Assembly: GCA_028818755.1 (NCBI GenBank)
Contig: JAPPNF010000108.1
Span: forward strand, 10,259 to 74,258
Length of the DNA stretch: 64,000 bases
Source of the DNA: Deltaproteobacteria bacterium
GTDB taxonomy: Bacteria > Desulfobacterota > Binatia > UBA9968 > JAJDTQ01
Direction: 5' to 3'
The position numbers and the translations under genes are program-made. The notes under the pieces are model-generated. The model worked only from the letters and a program-made list of their open reading frames with translations. It made no database searches and was not told the DNA's origin. Shown one piece after another: positions 57,015-64,000 of this stretch (position 1 is its first letter; each line of letters opens with the position of its first letter).

Positions 57015-58628
57015 ATGTCGGAGTTCAAGTTCCAGCCCATCTTCGAGCTTGGTAAGGATACCACCGAGTACCGCAGCCTAGGGAAGGAGGGAGTGTCGGA
57101 GATCGTGGTCGACGGCCGCTCGATCCTGAAGATCGACCCCGCGGCGCTGCGCAAGCTTACCGCAGAGGCCATCCGCGACATCTCCCATCTCTTCCGGCCC
57201 ACGCACCTCGCCAAGCTGCGGGCGATCCTCGACGACCCCGAGGCCTCGAAGAACGACCGCTTCGTGGCCATCCAACAACTCAAGAACGCCAACATCTCGG
57301 CGGGCGGCGTGCTACCCGCGTGCCAGGACACCGGCACGGCCATCGTCATCGGCAAGAAGGGCGAGAACGTCTTCACCGGCGCCAACGACGAGGAAGCCTT
57401 CTCCGCAGGCGTCTACGACGTCTTCACCGGCACGAACCTGCGCTACTCGCAGCTCGCGCCGCTGACCTTGTACGAGGAGAAGAACACCCGTACCAACCTG
57501 CCGGCCCAGGTGGAGATCTATGCGACGCCCGGTGACGCCTACGAGCTGCTGTTCATCACCAAGGGCGGCGGCTCCGCCAACAAGTCGGTCCTCTACCAGC
57601 AGACGCCTGCGCTCCTGAACGAGGCGTCGATGCTGGAGTTTTTGGAGAAGCAGCTCAAGACCATCGGCACCGCGGCCTGCCCGCCCTACTACCTGGTCAT
57701 CGTGGTGGGCGGCATGTCCGCGGAATTCAACCTCAAGACCGTCAAGCTGGCGAGCACACGCTACCTCGACAGCCTGCCGACCACCGGCAATGACTACGGC
57801 CGGGCGTTCCGCGACCTCGACCTGGAGGCCAGGGTCCAGGAGATCAGCCACAAGATGGGCGTGGGCGCGCAGTTCGGGGGCAAGTACTTCACCCACGAGG
57901 TGAGGGTGATCCGTTTGCCGAGGCACGGCGCTTCCTGTCCCGTCGGAATCGGCGTCTCGTGCTCGGCCGACCGCCAGGCCAAGGCCAGGATCACCCGGGA
58001 CGGAGTGTTTCTCGAACGGCTGGAGACGGACCCCGCGAAGTACCTGCCGGACTTCGTCGAGGAGGATGACGCCGACGCCGTGGTGAGCATTGACCTCAGC
58101 CGCCCCATGGATGAGATCCGCGCCACCCTGTCGAAGCATCCGGTCAAGACCCGGCTGTCGCTGAACGGCACCATCGTGGTGGCCCGGGACTTGGCCCACG
58201 CCAGGATCAAGGAGCGGCTGGACGCGGGAGAGCCCTTGCCGGACTACTTCAAGGACCACGTCGTCTACTACGCCGGCCCGGCCAAGACCCCGGAGGGCTA
58301 CGCCTCGGGCTCCTTCGGCCCCACCACGGCGGGACGCATGGATTCCTACGTGGACCTGTTCCAGTCCCACGGCGGCAGCCTGATCTCCCTGGCCAAGGGC
58401 AACCGGTCGCGGCAGGTGACCGACGCCTGCAAGAAGCACGGCGGGTTCTACCTGGGCTCCATCGGCGGACCGGCGGCCATACTGGCCAAGGACAACATCA
58501 AGCAGGTGGAGGTGCTCGATTACCCCGAGCTGGGCATGGAAGCGGTGTGGAAGATCGACGTGGAGAACTTCCCGGCCTTCATTATCGTCGATGACAAAGG
58601 CAACGACTTTTTCGCCGAGTTGCAGTAA
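57015..58628 (+). CDS. Class I (Fe-S) fumarate hydratase
   Basis: 537 aa from ATG 57015 (AAGGAGAG upstream); [22 protein letters not shown]-terminal beta-domain GPTTAGRMD. Confidence 0.85.
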   Translation: MSEFKFQPIFELGKDTTEYRSLGKEGVSEIVVDGRSILKIDPAALRKLTAEAIRDISHLFRPTHLAKLRAILDDPEASKNDRFVAIQQLKNANISAGGVLPACQDTGTAIVIGKKGENVFTGANDEEAFSAGVYDVFTGTNLRYSQLAPLTLYEEKNTRTNLPAQVEIYATPGDAYELLFITKGGGSANKSVLYQQTPALLNEASMLEFLEKQLKTIGTAACPPYYLVIVVGGMSAEFNLKTVKLASTRYLDSLPTTGNDYGRAFRDLDLEARVQEISHKMGVGAQFGGKYFTHEVRVIRLPRHGASCPVGIGVSCSADRQAKARITRDGVFLERLETDPAKYLPDFVEEDDADAVVSIDLSRPMDEIRATLSKHPVKTRLSLNGTIVVARDLAHARIKERLDAGEPLPDYFKDHVVYYAGPAKTPEGYASGSFGPTTAGRMDSYVDLFQSHGGSLISLAKGNRSRQVTDACKKHGGFYLGSIGGPAAILAKDNIKQVEVLDYPELGMEAVWKIDVENFPAFIIVDDKGNDFFAELQ

Positions 58629-58682
58629 AAGGAAAGAAGCGAACGCCTGCAAGGATCCGTTACCGAAGGGTCTGTCCAACTC

Positions 58683-58710
58683 GTAGGGGCGGGTTTCAAA
58701 ACCGCCCGTG
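58683..58710. repeat. GC-rich palindromic intergenic repeat, copy 5
   Basis: gtaggggcgggtttcaaaaccgcccgtg. Confidence 0.75.
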
Positions 58711-58752
58711 GCCGTAACAGGCCAGGAGCAGACTGATAAAGAGGAGCGCGCC

Positions 58753-59859
58753 ATGAGCGGAGATACCAACGGAATGCCATTGATCGTGGATTCGGACGCC
58801 CACGTGGTGGAGTGCGACCGCACTTGGGACTATCTGGAGGGGTCGGAGAAGCAGTTCCGCCCGGTGCCGCTGGCGTCCCCGGAGGAGAATGGCGCCGCGC
58901 TCCAGTTCTGGCTGGTGGACGGCAAGGTACGGGGTTTCCGCTTCCCGGCGTTCTCCGAGGAAGAGCTGCAGCGGCGCCAGGAGCAGGTGGGGCGCAAGTT
59001 CGCCGAGGCCAAGGAAGCGCGGGAACTGGGCAACGTGGGGCTTCGCCTGGAGCACATGGACGCCACCGGGGTGGACGTGCAGGTTCTGCACAACACCATG
59101 TTCATCGAACAGGTGACCGAGCGCCCGCCGGTGGAGGTGGCGCTGTGCGGGAGCTGGAACCGATGGCTCGCGGACATCTGGTCCCAGTCCGGCGGACGGT
59201 TGCGCTGGTCGTGCATGGCGCCCACCCTGAGCATGCCGGACGCCTTGGACCAGATCCGCTTCTCCAGGGAGCACGGCGCCTGCGCGGTGCTGATGCGGCC
59301 GTTCGACGCCAACCGGATGCTGGTGGACCCGTACTTCTATCCCATCTACGACGAGGCCAGCCGTCTGGACATGCCCATCGCCGTGCACATCGCCAACGGC
59401 AGCGGCTGGCTCAACGATCTCTACACCCATCCGGTCCGGCTCGGATCCACCTTCCACCGCTTCCGCATCCCCACGGTGGGCGGCTTCGCTGACGTTCTGT
59501 TCAGCGAGGTTCCGGAGGTGTTCCCGAAGCTCCGCTGGGGGTTCATCGAAGCCAGCGCCCAGTGGCTGCCGTGGATCCTCCACGAGGTCGAGAACCGCTA
59601 CCGGGTCATGGGCCGGGAGTGGCCGGACAACCCCATGGAAGCGTTCCGGATGTTCGTGACCTGCGAGAACACCGACGACCTGCCGTACATCGTGCAGCAG
59701 ACCGGCGAGGACGGCCTGGTCATCGGCACCGACTACGGCCACACGGACACCTCCAGCGACGTGGATGCGATCGGCGTGTTCCGGGAACGCACCGATCTGG
59801 GCGAGGACGTCAAGCGCAAGATCCTGAGCGATAACGCGCGCCGGCTCTACGCGCTGTAG
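58753..59859 (+). CDS. Amidohydrolase_2 family protein, tandem paralogue A
   Basis: 368 aa from ATG 58753 (AGAGGAG upstream); MSGDTNGMPLIVDSDAHVVECDRTWDYLEG... Confidence 0.78.
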   Translation: MSGDTNGMPLIVDSDAHVVECDRTWDYLEGSEKQFRPVPLASPEENGAALQFWLVDGKVRGFRFPAFSEEELQRRQEQVGRKFAEAKEARELGNVGLRLEHMDATGVDVQVLHNTMFIEQVTERPPVEVALCGSWNRWLADIWSQSGGRLRWSCMAPTLSMPDALDQIRFSREHGACAVLMRPFDANRMLVDPYFYPIYDEASRLDMPIAVHIANGSGWLNDLYTHPVRLGSTFHRFRIPTVGGFADVLFSEVPEVFPKLRWGFIEASAQWLPWILHEVENRYRVMGREWPDNPMEAFRMFVTCENTDDLPYIVQQTGEDGLVIGTDYGHTDTSSDVDAIGVFRERTDLGEDVKRKILSDNARRLYAL

Positions 59860-59880
59860 GGCGGGTTCAGACCCGCCCGC
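59856..59880. repeat. GC-rich palindromic intergenic repeat, copy 6 (contains the TAG stop of paralogue A)
   Basis: gtagggcgggttcagacccgcccgc. Confidence 0.7.
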
Positions 59881-59931
59881 GCTTGGGGGGTCACCGCCGC
59901 GCTCGGGACCGGGCCGAAGGAGCACGACGCC

Positions 59932-61038
59932 ATGAGCGGCGACGCCAATGGGAAGCCCTTGATTGTCGACGCGGACGCCCACGTGCTGGAAACCGAACGC
60001 ACTTGGGACTACCTCGAACCCTCGGAGCGGCAGTACCGCCCGGTGCCGCTGGCGGCGCCGGAGGAGAGGGGCGTCACGCTGCGGTTCTGGCTGGTGGACG
60101 GCAGGGTGCGGGGCAACCGCTTCCCGTTATTCTCCGAGGAGGAGATGCGGCGACGCCAGGCGCTGGTGGGCCGCAGGTTCGTTGAGGCCAGAGAGGCGCG
60201 GGAGCTGGACGACGTGGGGCTCCGGCTGGAGCACATGGACGCCACCGGCGTCGACGTGCAGGTGCTGCACAACACCATGTTCATCGAGCGGGTGACCGAC
60301 CGGGCGCCGGTGGAGGTGGCGCTGTGCGGGAGTTGGAACCGGTGGCTGGCGGACATTTGGGCGCAGTCGGACGGACGGCTGCGCTGGTCGTGCCTGGCGC
60401 CCACCCTGAGCATTTCGGACGCCCTGGATCAGATCCGCTTCTCCAGGGAGCATGGTGCCTGCGCGGTGCTGATGCGGCCCGTCGAAGGCGACCGTCTGCT
60501 GGTGGACTCCTACTTCTACCCCATCTACGAGGAGGCCAGCCGCCTGGACATGGCCATCGCCGTGCACATCGCCAACGGCAGCGCCTGGCTCGACGAGCTC
60601 TACCGCCACCCCGTGACGCTGGGGGCCTTCTTCCACCGTTTCCGCATCCCCACCGTGGGGGGCTTCGCCTACGTGCTCTTCAGCGAGCTTCCCGACCTGT
60701 TCCCGAAGCTGCGCTGGGGTTTCATCGAGGCCAGCGCGCAGTGGGTGCCCTGGATACTTCATGAGGCCCGCAACCGGTTCAGGACCCGCGGCCTGGAGTG
60801 GCCCGACAACCCCATGGAAGCGTTCCGGCTGTTCGTCACCTGCGAGAACACCGACGACCTGCCGTACATCGTGCGGGAGGCCGGCGAGGACGGCCTGGTC
60901 ATCGGCACCGACTACGGCCACACGGACACGTCCAGCGACGTGGACGCCATTACGGTCTTCAGGGAACGCAGCGATCTCAGCGAGGACGTGAAGCGCAAGA
61001 TTCTGAGCGATAACGCTCGCCGGCTCTACGGACTGTAG
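59932..61038 (+). CDS. Amidohydrolase_2 family protein, tandem paralogue B
   Basis: 368 aa; MSGDANGKPLIVDADAHVLETERTWDYLEP... Confidence 0.78.
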   Translation: MSGDANGKPLIVDADAHVLETERTWDYLEPSERQYRPVPLAAPEERGVTLRFWLVDGRVRGNRFPLFSEEEMRRRQALVGRRFVEAREARELDDVGLRLEHMDATGVDVQVLHNTMFIERVTDRAPVEVALCGSWNRWLADIWAQSDGRLRWSCLAPTLSISDALDQIRFSREHGACAVLMRPVEGDRLLVDSYFYPIYEEASRLDMAIAVHIANGSAWLDELYRHPVTLGAFFHRFRIPTVGGFAYVLFSELPDLFPKLRWGFIEASAQWVPWILHEARNRFRTRGLEWPDNPMEAFRLFVTCENTDDLPYIVREAGEDGLVIGTDYGHTDTSSDVDAITVFRERSDLSEDVKRKILSDNARRLYGL

Positions 61039-61060
61039 CGCCGGGTTCAAACCCGCCCGG
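61035..61060. repeat. GC-rich palindromic intergenic repeat, copy 7 (contains the TAG stop of paralogue B)
   Basis: gtagcgccgggttcaaacccgcccgg. Confidence 0.65.
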
Positions 61061-61105
61061 GCCCCGAACGGCTGTCCGGGGAAGTCGAGCAAAAGGAGCA
61101 AGACC

Positions 61106-62212
61106 ATGAGCGGAGACGGTAACGGAAAGGCCTTGATCGTTGACGCGGACGCCCACGTGGTGGAGTGCGACCGCACCTGGGACTACCTGGAGGGGTCGGA
61201 GAAGCAGTTCCGCCCGGTGCCGCTGGCATCGCCCGAGGAGTCGGGCGTCAAGCAGCAGTTCTGGGTGGTGGACGGCAAGGTGAAGGGGTTCCGCTTCCCG
61301 GCGTTCTCGGAGGAAGCGCTTCGGCAGCGGGAGCAGCGGGTGGGCCGCAAGTTCGCCGACGCCGACGAGTCCATGGAGCTGGGCAACGTGGGGCTCCGGC
61401 TGGAGCACATGGACGCCACCGGCGTGGACGTCCAGGTGCTGCACAACACCATGTTCATCACGCAGGTGACGGACCGCGCCCCGGTGGAGGTGGCGCTGTG
61501 CGGGAGCTGGAACCGGTGGCTGGCGGACATCTGGTCCCAATCGGACGGACGGCTGCGGTGGTCGTGCATGGCGCCTACCCTCAGCCTGTCCGATGCCCTG
61601 GACCAGGTCCGCTTCGGCAAGGAGCACGGCGCCTGCGCCGTGCTGATGCGGCCGTACGAAGGCAACCGGCTCCTGGTGGACCCGTATTTCTACCCCATCT
61701 ACGAGGAAGCCGTACGCCTCGACATGGCCATCGCCATCCACATCGCCAACGGCAGCCCCTGGTTCAACGACCTGTGCAGCCATCCGGTGTCCAATGCGGC
61801 CAACTTCCATCGTTTCCGGGTGCCCACCGTGGGCGCCTTCAGCGACATTCTGCTGAGCGAGATCCCGCGGGTGTTTCCGGACCTGCGCTGGAGTTTCATC
61901 GAGGCCAGCGCCCAGTGGGTGCCCTGGATGCTTCGCGAGGTCGAGAAACGTTGCCAGGTACTGGGACTGGAGTGGCCGGACAACCCCATGAAGGAGTTCG
62001 GCATGTTCGTTACCTGCGAGAACAGCGACGATCTTGCCTACATCGTGCAGGAGAGCGGCGAGGACGGCTTGGTCATCGGCACCGACTACGGGCACACCGA
62101 CGTTTCCAGCGACGTGGACGCCATCAGGGTGTTCCGGGAGCGCACAGACATCTCCGAGGACGTCAAGCTCAAGATCCTGAGCGACAACGCACGCCGGCTC
62201 TACGGGCTGTAG
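61106..62212 (+). CDS. Amidohydrolase_2 family protein, tandem paralogue C
   Basis: 368 aa; MSGDGNGKALIVDADAHVVECDRTWDYLEG... Confidence 0.78.
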   Translation: MSGDGNGKALIVDADAHVVECDRTWDYLEGSEKQFRPVPLASPEESGVKQQFWVVDGKVKGFRFPAFSEEALRQREQRVGRKFADADESMELGNVGLRLEHMDATGVDVQVLHNTMFITQVTDRAPVEVALCGSWNRWLADIWSQSDGRLRWSCMAPTLSLSDALDQVRFGKEHGACAVLMRPYEGNRLLVDPYFYPIYEEAVRLDMAIAIHIANGSPWFNDLCSHPVSNAANFHRFRVPTVGAFSDILLSEIPRVFPDLRWSFIEASAQWVPWMLREVEKRCQVLGLEWPDNPMKEFGMFVTCENSDDLAYIVQESGEDGLVIGTDYGHTDVSSDVDAIRVFRERTDISEDVKLKILSDNARRLYGL

Positions 62213-62237
62213 AGATCACAGCAGGGGAGGGACGAAC

Positions 62238-63341
62238 ATGGCCTGGAATCGGATGGACGTCATCGACGGCGACGGGCACGTGATGGAGGACTGGGAAGCG
62301 CTGCTGGAGTACATGCCGGCGGCGTACCATGACCGTTTCCGTGGCAAGGGGAGGCTCTTCCCGCCGCTCGACCACCTTCACAGCGCGACCTTGTACGAAC
62401 TGGTTCCGGGCGCTTTCCGGCAGGTGGGCCCGCCGGGCTGGCTCGAGTTCATGGAAGACGTGGGCATCGACCGCGCCGTTCTGTACCCGACGGGCGGGCT
62501 GGCGGTGGGCAAGGTAATCAACGGCGATTTCGCCATCGAAATCTGCCAAGCCTACAACAACTGGTTCCACGACACCTACCTGAAGGTGAGCGACAAGTTC
62601 CAGGGGCTCGGCCTGATCCCCATGCAGGAACCGCAGGAAGCGGTGAAGGAGCTGCGCCGCATCGTCGAAGAGCTGGGCTTCTGCGGCGCCATGCTGCCCT
62701 CCATGGGCCTCAAGGGCCATCTGGGCGGCAAGGAATACTGGCCGGTCTACGCCGAGGCCGACCGGCTGGGCTGCTGCCTTGGAGTCCACGGGGGCGCTCA
62801 CGAGGGCCTGGGCATGGACTACCTGACGCCCTATGCGCCCATCAACGGGCTCGGCCATCCTTTCGGCCAGATGGTGGGCTTCGCCGGCTTCGTGTTCAAC
62901 GGGCTGTTCGACCGCTACCCCAACATGCGCGTGGGCTTCATGGAAGGAGGCGTGGCCTGGATCCACACCTGCCTCGAACGCTTCGACCGCGGCTGGGAAA
63001 CCCATGTCCAGTACGACCCTCGCTGCGAGTTCATCCAGCTCAAGCCCGGCGAAGCGGTGAGCGAATACATCCGCCGCCACGCCGAGGATGGGCGCATCTT
63101 CGTCGGCTGCGAGGGCACCGAGCCCACCCTGCACCACGCCATCGAGGCGCTGGGAAACAAGCCCTTCATGTTTTCCAGCGACTTCCCCCACGAGGTCAAC
63201 AACGACTACTGCAAGCACGAGATCCGCGAGATCGTCGAGAACGACCGCCTCACCGACGACGACAAGCACGGCGTGCTGCACAGGAACGCGGAGCAGTTCT
63301 ATGGTCTGGCCGTCGAGGGGGAGCGAAGAGTCGCGCTCTGA
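62238..63341 (+). CDS. Amidohydrolase_2 family protein (divergent)
   Basis: 367 aa; MDVIDGDGHVMEDWEALLEYMP ... FSSDFPHE. Confidence 0.7.
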   Translation: MAWNRMDVIDGDGHVMEDWEALLEYMPAAYHDRFRGKGRLFPPLDHLHSATLYELVPGAFRQVGPPGWLEFMEDVGIDRAVLYPTGGLAVGKVINGDFAIEICQAYNNWFHDTYLKVSDKFQGLGLIPMQEPQEAVKELRRIVEELGFCGAMLPSMGLKGHLGGKEYWPVYAEADRLGCCLGVHGGAHEGLGMDYLTPYAPINGLGHPFGQMVGFAGFVFNGLFDRYPNMRVGFMEGGVAWIHTCLERFDRGWETHVQYDPRCEFIQLKPGEAVSEYIRRHAEDGRIFVGCEGTEPTLHHAIEALGNKPFMFSSDFPHEVNNDYCKHEIREIVENDRLTDDDKHGVLHRNAEQFYGLAVEGERRVAL

Positions 63342-63377
63342 CCCGCGCCTCGTGGCGTCAACGCTGCTGACGGAAAG

Positions 63378-63695
63378 ATGCGAGTGAAGGTGACCGGATT
63401 GCTGGCGAAAGCGGCAGTGCCGGTGATGTGTGGCGTATTGTCGCTCACCGCGTGCCACAGGATAGGTATCAGCAGCTTTACGAAACCGAACGTGCTCCCC
63501 GCGCAAAAGACCCGAGACATGGCGGAGTGCAGCCGCGAGGCTGTCAGGGTAAGATCGGGCGGGGGTCACGGATACGGAGGGTCGAGTCACAGCGCATCCG
63601 ATATGCGGGACCGAGAAAGGCGACGAGCGAAGGCGTACTATGATGCCGTCGCGCTATGTCTGCGGAGCAAAGGCTACAGGGTAAAGAGGCTGTGA
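63378..63695 (+). CDS. Putative lipoprotein
   Basis: 105 aa; signal peptide with lipobox LSLTAC. Confidence 0.45.
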   Translation: MRVKVTGLLAKAAVPVMCGVLSLTACHRIGISSFTKPNVLPAQKTRDMAECSREAVRVRSGGGHGYGGSSHSASDMRDRERRRAKAYYDAVALCLRSKGYRVKRL

Positions 63696-63903
63696 CCACG
63701 CTGAACGAATCACTTGTCTCCGAGCGGGAGTGGCAGGCCGTCGAACGCGTCCTGGGCCTGGCGCCCGTGCCACACCCAATGCGGTCGCGGCGCGCCTCCA
63801 TTTGCTTGCCTTCGTCCCGGATCTGATCGGGTGGTCGACGACGCTAGCCGGACGGTCGGGAAAGGAACTCTCGGACCGCGTTCGGCACTTTGACGAACCG
63901 TCT

Positions 63904-63924
63904 GGGAAAGGGTTCAAACCCAGC
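63904..63924. repeat. Degenerate copy of the GC-rich palindromic repeat
   Basis: gggaaagggttcaaacccagc shares only the GGTTCAAACC core. Confidence 0.25.
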
Positions 63925-63942
63925 ACGAATTCGGGGACCTGC

Positions 63943-64000
63943 CTACTTCAGGCCGCCGCCGAAGCCCCTCGTCAGCCCCTTCTGGACGAACCCCACCAGG
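63943..64000 (-). CDS. 3' end of an unidentified minus-strand gene (...LVGFVQKGLTRGFGGGLK*)
   Basis: Open frame from the window edge to TAG at 63943-63945; too short to classify. Confidence 0.2.
   Translation of the reverse strand, partial: LVGFVQKGLTRGFGGGLK

Noticed and set aside
13954-61060. CRISPR array interpretation of the GC-rich palindromic repeats
   Set aside because: The copies are dispersed singly or in pairs across 47 kb, are not regularly spaced, differ in sequence, and no cas genes are present. They behave like REP elements.
1-64000. rRNA, tRNA, tmRNA or other classical RNA genes
   Set aside because: No cloverleaf-like or rRNA-like segments were noticed in the intergenic regions. 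All sizeable gaps are occupied by the repeat families or promoter regions. An Infernal/tRNAscan run would be needed for certainty.

Overview
High-GC bacterial chromosomal segment, probably from an uncultured lineage. Most long antisense ORFs in the supplied track are GC-driven shadows of the real genes.

Gene content, in order:
- (a) 1-1.6 kb: a small minus-strand redox/stress cluster with a PP-loop ATPase fragment, a GST, a cupin and a CDGSH Fe-S protein.
- (b) 1.7-5.3 kb: a defence-island-like insert. It holds a DUF234-type ATPase with a C-terminal PD-(D/E)xK-like motif, a visibly AT-rich divergent control region, an AbrB-fold gene, and a tightly coupled ABC-type ATPase plus a DUF4276/TOPRIM-like gene.
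- (c) 5.6-20.3 kb: a complete E. coli-type complex I operon, nuoA-B-CD(fused)-E-F-G-H-I-J-K-L-M-N.
- (d) 20.3-29.2 kb: PhzF, then an oxalate-type module (oxc, frc), a domain-permuted ADP-forming acyl-CoA synthetase, a signal-less TAXI-like binding protein and an amidase.
- (e) 29.4-34.6 kb: an arylsulfotransferase-like propeller, a BNR propeller translationally coupled to a MoaD/ThiS-like protein ending in GG, and glycine-betaine synthesis genes (fused GSMT-SDMT plus an extra SDMT).
- (f) 34.9-63.3 kb: a hydrolase-rich catabolic region. It has 11 amidohydrolase-superfamily genes, including a tandem triplicate. It also has three family-5 solute-binding proteins without permeases, two alpha/beta hydrolases, an ADH, a thiolase/DUF35 pair, a class I fumarase and a GH65 phosphorylase.

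Most notable observations:
- The GST has an in-frame TGA at the catalytic Cys/Ser position, followed 11 nt later by a SECIS-like hairpin, and a strong SD sits upstream of the extended start. It is a candidate selenoprotein.
- The ATPase/TOPRIM-like candidate defence module.
- The GH65 gene is interrupted by a single in-frame TAG.
- Three families of palindromic intergenic repeats sit at gene boundaries, including the boundaries of the duplicated amidohydrolase genes.

No rRNA, tRNA, CRISPR array, transposase or integrase was recognised.
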